This document shows, one piece after another, positions 1-6,921 of a DNA stretch of 63,564 bases. The notes beneath the pieces were generated by a model. That model did not search any database, was not told the origin of the DNA, and saw only the letters and a list, made by a program, of their open reading frames with translations. Origin of the DNA: an uncultured Clostridia bacterium (GTDB lineage Bacteria; UBA6262; WVXT01); assembly GCA_964345635.1 (NCBI GenBank), contig CAYFRM010000040.1, forward strand, positions 1 to 63,564. Direction: 5' to 3'. The position numbers were made by a program, and so were the translations under genes. How positions within the stretch are numbered: the stretch's first letter is position 1; the number at the start of each line of letters is the position of its first letter.

Positions 1-21
1 CTAATTGGCAAATTATGAAGT

Positions 22-98
22 GCCCTCGTAGCTCAGATGGATAGAGCAGCGGTTTCCTAAACCGCGTGTCGGGCGTTCGAATCGTCCCGGGGGCACCA
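22..98 (+). tRNA. tRNA-Arg (anticodon CCT, reads AGG), 3' CCA encoded
   Basis: Hand-folded cloverleaf. Acceptor GCCCTCG/CGGGGGC (one G-U). D arm GCTC-AGATGGATA-GAGC. Anticodon stem GCGGT/ACCGC with loop TTCCTAA. Variable loop GTGTC. T arm GGGCG-TTCGAAT-CGTCC. Discriminator A plus CCA. Confidence 0.9.
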
Positions 99-125
99 GA
101 AAAACCTTGTCTGTTAGAATTTTAA

Positions 126-782
126 ATGATTGACCTTCACACGCATTCATTTTTTTCTGATGGTTCGTTAATTCCTTCGGAACTCGTCTTCCGCGCCAAG
201 AATAAGGGTTACGAAGCAATAGCTATTACCGACCATATTGATATGTCTAATCTCAATCTCGTAATTCCGGAGATTGTCAAGGTCTCTTCAATTCTCACTA
301 TTGAATATGAAATAGAGGTTCTTCCGGGAGCGGAACTGACTTATGTTCCTCCTAATTTGATCCCCCGGGTTGTTGAGGAATGTAGAGCGCTGGGAGCAAA
401 AATTATCCTGGTGCACGGAGAAACCACTGTTGAACCTGTGCCCCCGGGCACAAACCGGGCTGCCCTGGAAAGCAGAATAGATATACTTTCCCATCCGGGA
501 AAGATAAGTAGCGAGGAAGTAGACCTGGCAAAGGAAAACAACGTGCTCCTGGAAATTACTTCCCGCCAGGGACACTCTTTAACTAATGAACACGTGGGGA
601 GCCTGGCGAAGAAGAGGGAAGCAAACTTAATTCTTAACACTGATACGCACGAACCGGAGGACTTGATTACTGACGAGCAGGCTTTGGAAGTGGTTAACAA
701 AGCAGGAATGGCGAAGGCAGATCTGGATCTTATGTGGAAAAACGCCAGGTCATTAATTAGCAAAGCACTTAGAGGAGCTTGA
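126..782 (+). CDS. PHP-domain metal-dependent phosphoesterase (histidinol-phosphatase/TrpH-like)
   Basis: 218 aa. N-terminal DLHTHSFFSDG (HxH) and AITDHID motifs are typical of PHP domains. Confidence 0.8.
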   Translation: MIDLHTHSFFSDGSLIPSELVFRAKNKGYEAIAITDHIDMSNLNLVIPEIVKVSSILTIEYEIEVLPGAELTYVPPNLIPRVVEECRALGAKIILVHGETTVEPVPPGTNRAALESRIDILSHPGKISSEEVDLAKENNVLLEITSRQGHSLTNEHVGSLAKKREANLILNTDTHEPEDLITDEQALEVVNKAGMAKADLDLMWKNARSLISKALRGA

Positions 783-1448
783 ATGCCTCGTAGATGGGTA
801 AAAGAAGAGCTTAAAAGGGACCGTTTAGCAAGCTGGGTGGAGAAGTCGGTTAACTGGGTCAATGAGAATAAAGAGAACGCTATAATTGGCGGAATAGTTA
901 TCCTCGCCATAGCAATCTTTATTCCTTTCTCATTGTCTCGCCGGGCCAGGATGAACGAACAGGCATATAGCCTTCTGGCGAGAGGGCAACAGGAAGCTTT
1001 TAATAATCAGCTGGATAAGGCTATCTCTTTCTATGACCAGGCATTGAGACACTCTGGCTCAAAGGCGATCCCCTTAGTTCTTCTGTATAAAGGTAATACT
1101 CTTTATAAAATGGAGAAGTATAGCGAAGCTACATCTGTTTACAGAAGATACCTGAATAAATACGAAACCAGAAAGTTCACTCCCGAAGTCCTGATAAGCC
1201 TGGGCAATAGTCTGGAACAGGAAGGTAAGTTTGAGGAAGCTAAAGAAATTTACCGGAAATTTCTAGACGGGTTTCCGGACCATTATCTTTCGCCGGGGAT
1301 CTACCAGGGGCTGGGAAGATGCTATGAGAAACTGGGACAGAAAGACGAGGCAATTAGAACGTACCAGCAGATTTCCCAATTCTACTCCGGCACGGTCTGG
1401 CAAGATATGGCTGAGGCGAAAATAAAAGCGTTGTCGCCTGCGCCGTGA
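783..1448 (+). CDS. Membrane-anchored TPR-repeat protein
   Basis: 221 aa. The ATG directly abuts the upstream stop. One N-terminal TM helix (AIIGGIVILAIAIFIPF) is followed by TPR-like repeats (YfgM/YbgF-like layout). Confidence 0.7.
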   Translation: MPRRWVKEELKRDRLASWVEKSVNWVNENKENAIIGGIVILAIAIFIPFSLSRRARMNEQAYSLLARGQQEAFNNQLDKAISFYDQALRHSGSKAIPLVLLYKGNTLYKMEKYSEATSVYRRYLNKYETRKFTPEVLISLGNSLEQEGKFEEAKEIYRKFLDGFPDHYLSPGIYQGLGRCYEKLGQKDEAIRTYQQISQFYSGTVWQDMAEAKIKALSPAP

Positions 1449-1566
1449 ATGCAACATAAGTTAGATTTTTCCGAGAGGAGAATTCAAGTTTTTTCTTGAC
1501 TTTTTCCTCTTTTTCTTATAAGGTATCCTAAAATATATACCGTCATTGCGAACAAGGAGAGAGTGT

Positions 1567-2748
1567 GTGAAACGAACAATTATACCGGTTCTTCTGATGA
1601 CTCTTATCCTTTACATACTTCCCCGGATTGGTCTTGCCGGCGTGAGAGTGGGAGAAGAGGTGAGGATAAGAATGGTCCCGGTAAGCAATGAAGACGAGAG
1701 TTACGTCTATCAGAGGACGAGATTATTGATGGAAGGAGTATTGGCAGAGGGAGTTACCATCGGGATAAAGGTACAATCGAGAGGCTTCTGGGGCGTGGAT
1801 AGTTCCACAGTAACCATCGAGGGATTAACGCGCCGGAACATGTTGCCCTGGATTGAAAATGCCTACTTAAAAGCTGATGAATTATTTGGCCTTCCGTTGT
1901 ACCTGGCTCTGGGAAGACAGCCCCTGTTATACGGAGACGGGTTATTGGTAGATGATAACGCGTCAGGTTACGATGCCATTAAATTATCGGGCATCCTGCC
2001 CTGGCAGGTCGATTGCGAACTAATCATGCTAAAACCGACAGAGGCCAGCGGGGTTAGCCCTGATAACTGGAAAGAGAATAACGCTTACGGACTATTCGTT
2101 AAGAGAAAGTGGAAAAGGATTACTCCTCAGGTTTCTGGTTTCTGGCAGAGAGATCGAACTATCGGTGTGGAGAAGAACTTTCTCGGTTTCCATGTCAACG
2201 GAAGACTGGGAAAGGAAGTAGATTATCGGGGTGGACTAATACTTCAATCGGGAAAGGGGGGAGGAAGGGATTATAAAGGTGTGGCTTATATATTAGGCGG
2301 AGACTTTGAAGCCGATACGCGATTTGGTAAAGGCATGCTTGCCTGTGAATATCTCGCGGGCAGCGGAGAAATAACACCGATTACGGGAAAAGATGAAAAT
2401 TTCTTTTCCGACTACGCTCACCTGTCCGAGGAAGATTACGGGGAGTATTACTTAGAGAATAGAAGCGTGGTGAGGCAGGGAGATACGGATTATGCAATTA
2501 CTAACTTGAAACTATTTAAATTGGGATTGGCTGTATTTCCCCTGCCGGAATTGAAAACCGGACTCAACTATTATATATACAATTCTTATAGTCCCAAGGG
2601 CTCCATCGGAGATGAGGTAGACATCTCCGTTAAGTACTATTATTCAGAAAATCTTTCATTCCGCCTGGTGTATGGCATATTTATGGCGGGAAAGATTGCT
2701 GAGGATAGCGCGAATAAAGTTCTGGGGGAGGTGATGGTAAAATTTTAG
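1567..2748 (+). CDS. Outer-membrane beta-barrel protein (porin / alginate-export-like, family untested)
   Basis: ORF 1546..2748. GTG at 1567 is preferred because AAGGAG lies 8 nt upstream. Hydrophobic signal-like N-terminus, G/Y-rich alternating strand pattern, and a C-terminal ...VMVKF aromatic end typical of OM barrels. Confidence 0.6.
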   Translation: MKRTIIPVLLMTLILYILPRIGLAGVRVGEEVRIRMVPVSNEDESYVYQRTRLLMEGVLAEGVTIGIKVQSRGFWGVDSSTVTIEGLTRRNMLPWIENAYLKADELFGLPLYLALGRQPLLYGDGLLVDDNASGYDAIKLSGILPWQVDCELIMLKPTEASGVSPDNWKENNAYGLFVKRKWKRITPQVSGFWQRDRTIGVEKNFLGFHVNGRLGKEVDYRGGLILQSGKGGGRDYKGVAYILGGDFEADTRFGKGMLACEYLAGSGEITPITGKDENFFSDYAHLSEEDYGEYYLENRSVVRQGDTDYAITNLKLFKLGLAVFPLPELKTGLNYYIYNSYSPKGSIGDEVDISVKYYYSENLSFRLVYGIFMAGKIAEDSANKVLGEVMVKF

Positions 2749-2806
2749 TACTGGCCACAAGATTATCCTTGTGGATAAACGAAGGTACCAAATCAAAGGA
2801 GGTAAA

Positions 2807-3325
2807 ATGAAAAAATTAGTAATCGGTCTGGTAACATTAAGTATTCTTTTCTGCTTGCCCCTTAAGGGAGAAGCAGTTAGTCTGAAAAATAGATTGGGTG
2901 TCGGTTTTTCTGCTCTTTCACCACTGGATGGCTGGTCCTTCAGGTATTGGCTGACGGATAAATTTGCCGTGAACCCGGTTATCGGCTTTCATCTGGAGAC
3001 GGATAATAACCAATTTCTTCTGGGAGGAAGAGCCCTCTATAAAGTACAGGATGAGAAGAGTCTGAACGTATATTTGGGCGGAGAAGTCGGCGTAGATTTA
3101 AGACAGAACGCAGATGATAATTTTTCTATAGGACCCTTTGCCGGAGTAGAGTATTTTATGATGCAGCTACCCAACCTGGGTCTGGGAGCGGAAATCGGCG
3201 CCTATTATGAAAGCGCAGCTTCGGCTTTCGCCACGGCCTATGGCCGGCTCGTAGTACATTACTATTTTGGTGGCTCTGAAAAGGCCAAAAAGCCTGCCAA
3301 AAAGAAGAGTAGTAAAAAGAAGTAA
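2807..3325 (+). CDS. Small outer-membrane beta-barrel protein with Lys-rich C-terminal tail
   Basis: ORF 2771..3325. ATG 2807 is preceded by AAAGGAGG. Signal peptide MKKLVIGLVTLSILFCLPLKGEA, amphipathic strands, and a beta-signal-like VVHYYF followed by GGSEKAKKPAKKKSSKKK. Confidence 0.6.
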   Translation: MKKLVIGLVTLSILFCLPLKGEAVSLKNRLGVGFSALSPLDGWSFRYWLTDKFAVNPVIGFHLETDNNQFLLGGRALYKVQDEKSLNVYLGGEVGVDLRQNADDNFSIGPFAGVEYFMMQLPNLGLGAEIGAYYESAASAFATAYGRLVVHYYFGGSEKAKKPAKKKSSKKK

Positions 3326-3327
3326 GA

Positions 3328-5529
3328 ATGCCTCAAAATAATGTTCTCCATATTTCCTTCTTATGGCATATGCACCAGCCATATTATAAGGACCTCCTGG
3401 AAAATAGATTTGTCCTTCCCTGGGTAAGGCTCCACGCGATCAAGGACTACTATGATATGGTGGCCTACCTGGACGATTTTCCCAAGATTCATCTAAATTT
3501 CAATCTTGTTCCTTCCCTGATAGACCAGATAAACGATTACGCCCAGAACAATATAACCGACCAGTATCTGGACGTCACTTTGAAACCGGCCAATAAACTG
3601 TCCCCGGAAGAGAGAGTCTTTATTCTCCAGAACTTTTTTACGGCAAACTGGGAAAATATGATTAAGCCTTTCCCCCGTTACTGGGATCTCCTGTCCAAGA
3701 GGGGAAGGTATGTGGCCAGCAAAGAACTAAAAGATATTCAGAGAAGGTTCAGCACGTATGACTTTTTGGATTTACAGGTGCTTTTCAACTTATGTTGGAT
3801 TGACCCTTACATAAGAAGGCAGGACCGCGAACTGGGAGAATTGGAAAAGAAAGGGAAGGGATTCACCGAGGAAGACAAGAGATTGGTCATAGATAAACAA
3901 CTGGGAATTATGAAGAAAATCATCGGCAAGTATAGAGAAAAACAGGAACAGGGACAGATTGAAATTTCGGTTACTCCTTACTACCATCCCATCTTGCCTC
4001 TATTGGTTGACGTTGAGGCGGCAAAGATGGCCACTCCCGAAATCGCCCTGCCCAGAGAAGAGTTTCGCCACCAAGAAGATGCCAAGACTCAGATTGAACT
4101 GGCGGTGGCCTGTTACGAAAAATTCTTCGGCCGAAGACCAAAGGGAATGTGGCCCGCCGAGGGTGCGGTTTCAGAAGCAATCGTGCCTTTAATTTCCCGT
4201 GCAGGCATAGACTGGATTGCCACTGACGAGGATATTTTAGCATCTTCAATAGGCGATTCTGCCCACAAGGCGGATATACTCTACAAACCGTATCGGTTTA
4301 ACGTGGACAGTAGTTCGGTGAGAATTGTTTTCCGAAATAGGAAACTATCCGACCTGGTTGGTTTCACCTATGCCAGGGTCCCGCCTAATGAGGCAGTGAG
4401 ACATTTTACCGAGGAACTTCACAATATTCATAAGAGAGTAAGCCACTTCCCCGGGCCCCATCTGGTGACCATTATACTCGACGGAGAGAACTGCTGGGAG
4501 TATTATAAGAACGATGGATGGGATTTTCTCAAAGTACTTTATCAAGCGTTAAGTGATGATCCGTTATTAGAATCGACAACGATCGGTAAATTCATAGAAA
4601 ATTACCCGCAGCCTGTCTCCCTGCCCAGATTATGGAGCGGCTCCTGGATAAACGGCAATTTTGGCGTGTGGATCGGACACGAGGAGGATAATCTCTCCTG
4701 GGATTATCTCGCCAGGACGCGCAAAATGTTGGCCCATTTCGAAAAAAGACACCCCGAAAAACAGCCGCAGGAGATACAGAAAGCCAAAGAGGGAATATAT
4801 ATTGCCGAAGGCAGCGACTGGAACTGGTGGTACGGAGACGAACATCGCTCTGCCAATAATGTTGCTTTCGATAATCTTTATCGAAAGCACCTGATGAACG
4901 TTTATACTTCCCTCGGTGAAAGAGTGCCGGACTGGCTGCACATTGCCATTTCCGGCCTTGAGAAGCCCTGCCCCAAACGCGAACCCGCTGATTTCATAAA
5001 CCCTATATTGGACGGTGAAGTAACCGATTATTTCGAATGGCAGGGCGCGGGACAATACGATGTCTCCGAGACGATAGGGCCGATGCATCGTCGGGGAAAC
5101 ATTGTCAAGAGTTTCTACTATGGATTCGACCTGAACAATCTGTATCTGCGCATCGACGCGAATATGGAACTGTCCTATGAAAATTTAAAAGACCTCACAA
5201 TAAAAATCAATTTCTTTAAGGATTCGCCCCAACAGGCGAGAATTCAAATGGTCCGGAAGGGAAATCTTGCTCTTTCTCTTTTTGATATAGTCCAGGTAGA
5301 GCACAGGGAGAATTATCAAAAGTTGAAAGATTTGACTTCTGTAAGCTGCAAGAAAATTATAGAATTGAGTATACCTTTCGTCGATTTGAGAGCCAAAGTC
5401 GACCAGGCAATAGAGATTGTAGTCGTTTTGGAGCGTAACGACGTGGAACTGGAAAGATGGCCTTCGCACGGCACGATAAGTTTTTTTGTACCGGGAGAAG
5501 ATTTTTCGCTCCGCTACTGGTCGGTTTGA
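3328..5529 (+). CDS. Glycoside hydrolase family 57 (alpha-amylase / alpha-glucan-active enzyme)
   Basis: 733 aa. GH57 signature regions are present: HMHQPYY, EISVTPYYHPILPLL, WPAEGAVSE (nucleophile Glu region) and ILDGENCWEYY (acid/base Asp region). No signal peptide. Confidence 0.85.
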   Translation: MPQNNVLHISFLWHMHQPYYKDLLENRFVLPWVRLHAIKDYYDMVAYLDDFPKIHLNFNLVPSLIDQINDYAQNNITDQYLDVTLKPANKLSPEERVFILQNFFTANWENMIKPFPRYWDLLSKRGRYVASKELKDIQRRFSTYDFLDLQVLFNLCWIDPYIRRQDRELGELEKKGKGFTEEDKRLVIDKQLGIMKKIIGKYREKQEQGQIEISVTPYYHPILPLLVDVEAAKMATPEIALPREEFRHQEDAKTQIELAVACYEKFFGRRPKGMWPAEGAVSEAIVPLISRAGIDWIATDEDILASSIGDSAHKADILYKPYRFNVDSSSVRIVFRNRKLSDLVGFTYARVPPNEAVRHFTEELHNIHKRVSHFPGPHLVTIILDGENCWEYYKNDGWDFLKVLYQALSDDPLLESTTIGKFIENYPQPVSLPRLWSGSWINGNFGVWIGHEEDNLSWDYLARTRKMLAHFEKRHPEKQPQEIQKAKEGIYIAEGSDWNWWYGDEHRSANNVAFDNLYRKHLMNVYTSLGERVPDWLHIAISGLEKPCPKREPADFINPILDGEVTDYFEWQGAGQYDVSETIGPMHRRGNIVKSFYYGFDLNNLYLRIDANMELSYENLKDLTIKINFFKDSPQQARIQMVRKGNLALSLFDIVQVEHRENYQKLKDLTSVSCKKIIELSIPFVDLRAKVDQAIEIVVVLERNDVELERWPSHGTISFFVPGEDFSLRYWSV

Positions 5530-5530
5530 A

Positions 5531-5593
5531 ATCTGTAATCTGTAATCTGTAATTTGTAATCTGTAATCTGTAATCTGTAATTTCAAATTTGTA
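5531..5593 (+). repeat. Tandem heptamer array, 9 units of ATCTGTA/ATTTGTA/ATTTCAA (two 28-bp super-units)
   Basis: Read directly: (atctgta)3 atttgta (atctgta)3 atttcaa atttgta. It starts 2 nt after the GH57 stop codon. Confidence 0.95.
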
Positions 5594-5615
5594 GTGTAGG
5601 GCTTTATGCCCGTAA
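5591..5615 (+). repeat. GTAG-headed REP-like unit GTAGTGTAGGGCTTTATGCCCGTAA
   Basis: GTAG head followed by a small GGGC/GCCC hairpin. Related units occur at 8614-8622, 38161-38305 and 60107-60192. Confidence 0.7.
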
Positions 5616-5634
5616 AGTTAAGGAGGTGAGAATT

Positions 5635-5835
5635 ATGTCAAGTTTGGCCTTCTGGCTTGTCTTGATCCTTCTGGCAATACTCGTGATCATCGCCGTGGTA
5701 TTGGCTCTCAAAGAGTTCCGAAAGAACAAGAAAATTGGCAGTCTACTTGTCAATTACATCCTTTTAGTCGTGCTCGCGATAATCCTGCTGAAACTACTGT
5801 TCGCTGTTTCTACCCTTATGGCACTCCATTTTTAA
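5635..5835 (+). CDS. Small two-TM membrane protein (hypothetical)
   Basis: ORF 5626..5835. ATG 5635 is preceded by AAGGAGG. 66 aa with two hydrophobic helices separated by KEFRKNKK. Confidence 0.5.
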   Translation: MSSLAFWLVLILLAILVIIAVVLALKEFRKNKKIGSLLVNYILLVVLAIILLKLLFAVSTLMALHF

Positions 5836-5872
5836 GCCAAAATAACCTATTCAACAACCCATAGACCTGAAC

Positions 5873-5908
5873 AAGAGGCTAAATTTTGCGTTTTAAGGCC
5901 TCTTTTTT
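5873..5908 (+). terminator. Possible intrinsic terminator after the small membrane-protein gene
   Basis: 7-bp stem AAGAGGC/GCCTCTT (5873-5879 / 5898-5904) with an 18-nt loop, running into a T tract (5903-5908). The large loop makes it weak. Confidence 0.35.
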
Positions 5909-6026
5909 GGAAAAGCATGTTACAGGTTCCTGTCTTCCTGTTTTTTGCGCCATTTTGGCCTGCACTATTAAAAAACGCATACACGGCGCCCCATTTCATC
6001 CCGGGACTCCACAAGTGGCTTCCACC

Positions 6027-6224
6027 ATGGAAAAAGAACTGCAACAACTCAAAGAACTCCACCGCTTCTACCTGTACCATGATTACAAGACCGGGGAAAT
6101 AGCCAGGGAGATGGGAGTCTCAAGAAGAACAGTCCAGCGCTGGTTGAGCGGAAAGTCCCGGCCCAGCGAGAAAAAGCTGAACCAGTTAGGGAAATTACTT
6201 AATAAGAAAAGACGAAAGACATAG
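6027..6224 (+). CDS. Small HTH-domain protein (transposase/resolvase-type helix-turn-helix)
   Basis: ORF 5886..6224. The ATG at 6027 gives 65 aa containing GEIAREMGVSRRTVQRWL, a classic HTH. The upstream part of the ORF looks non-coding. Confidence 0.5.
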   Translation: MEKELQQLKELHRFYLYHDYKTGEIAREMGVSRRTVQRWLSGKSRPSEKKLNQLGKLLNKKRRKT

Positions 6225-6258
6225 ACCCGCCGAAGTTTCCCGCCCTGGCTGTCGCACA

Positions 6259-6286
6259 AGTACATATAATCAATATTATGTTAACT
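6259..6286 (+). other. dif: Candidate dif (XerC/XerD chromosome-dimer resolution) site
   Basis: AGTACATATAA-TCAATA-TTATGTTAACT. The right arm matches E. coli dif (TTATGTTAAAT) and B. subtilis dif (TTATGTAAACT) at 10/11 each. It lies in an AT-rich 300-bp gap at the convergent strand switch. Confidence 0.45.
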
Positions 6287-6530
6287 TCACGATAAAACAT
6301 CCGCATTAACTAACTTATTAAGATTATAACGTATAACCATACATTACAGGCATAAACGGAACGAATTTAATAGCTTACTTTAAATTTAGCCAAAATCGGC
6401 CTGAAAATCTCCTTTCTTTAAGGAAATTTTTACTCACGGGAGAAATTATTTCTTCCTGGGAGGACTTTTCGGGAAGGTGAGAGTATTTTGTTGGGGAGAA
6501 TGAGGAGGCTTCCCCTGGTAAACAATCGGA

Positions 6531-6746
6531 TTACTCGCCCAGACCTCCGGCCTTCTCCAGGCAGGTACTGCAGGATTGCAGGATCTCTTCCTTTTGCAGC
6601 TCGTACTCTTTCCTTATCCTCTGGATCATATCGGTTCTTCCAGAGGATATGGCGAAGCAGCAGGAAAGGCAGGTATTTTTATTTAATAGCGGGCACCTGA
6701 TTGTCTTCTCTACCTCTTTTTGGCAGATTGCACACTCTTCTGGCAT
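6531..6746 (-). CDS. Small Cys-rich (8 Cys, two CxxC) putative zinc-binding protein
   Basis: 71 aa: MPEECAICQ...CPLL..CLSCC...CSTC. GAGGGGGA Shine-Dalgarno (SD) sequence 6-7 nt before the ATG, and its own promoter-like element upstream. Confidence 0.45.
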   Translation of the reverse strand: MPEECAICQKEVEKTIRCPLLNKNTCLSCCFAISSGRTDMIQRIRKEYELQKEEILQSCSTCLEKAGGLGE

Positions 6747-6789
6747 AGCTTTCCCCCTCTTGGGGCCTTTTGTTTCTCGCCTCTGGAAT

Positions 6790-6819
6790 ATTTTATTATT
6801 TTACCATAAAAATGGTCAA
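6790..6819 (-). promoter_or_regulatory. sigma70-like promoter for the Cys-rich small gene
   Basis: On the - strand: TTGACC (6819-6814), 18-nt spacer, TAAAAT (6795-6790). Confidence 0.4.
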
Positions 6820-6921
6820 AATGCACGAAAAATATGACTCTTGTATCTCTACTTGCAGAAAAAGTATTCACCGGGCAAGATTTCCCTCCCGGGCCGTTAA
6901 AATATAACTCGTGATGGGATT

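Noticed and set aside
341-910. Long ORFs antisense to or out of frame with strong genes. Examples: 341..910 (-), 7469..8149 (-), 6710..7285 (-), 18273..18818 (+), 24930..25475 (+), 32187..32816 (+), 42778..43368 (+), 53540..54157 (+), 61837..62298 (+).
   Set aside because: Each lies entirely within, or largely overlaps, a CDS with clear family motifs. Their translations are low-complexity (S/R/L/F/P-rich) with no recognisable motifs, SD sequences or sensible starts. They are typical shadow ORFs.
1495-1521. Promoter TTGACT / TATAAG upstream of the first OM barrel gene.
   Set aside because: The spacer is only 15 nt by my count, outside the usual 16-18 nt. It is too uncertain to list as a feature.
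5185-5586. 133-aa - strand ORF whose N-terminus reads KLQITDYRLQITDYRLQ.
   Set aside because: The periodic peptide is simply the translation of the heptad DNA array, and the rest is antisense to the GH57 gene. It is not a gene.
5531-5593. Possible CRISPR array (short direct repeats), also considered for the 59-bp repeats at 38167 and 60118.
   Set aside because: The heptads are contiguous with no spacers. The 59-bp cores occur once per locus, 22 kb apart. No cas genes are in the window. The repeat sizes and organisation do not fit CRISPR.
22-6224. Genomic island integrated at tRNA-Arg.
   Set aside because: There is no integrase next to the tRNA, and I saw no direct repeat of the tRNA 3' end in the window. 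The adjacent genes (PHP, TPR, OM barrels, GH57) look like ordinary chromosomal genes.
6225-6530. Housekeeping ncRNA (tmRNA, RNase P RNA, SRP RNA, 6S) in the large non-coding gap.
   Set aside because: I could not find any diagnostic motif by eye: no tRNA-like 3' end with a tag ORF, no GAGGAAAGTCC-type P4 sequence, and no SRP domain IV GGAA/AGCA symmetric loop context. The region is A/T-rich with little stable pairing. A covariance-model scan would be needed to exclude one formally.
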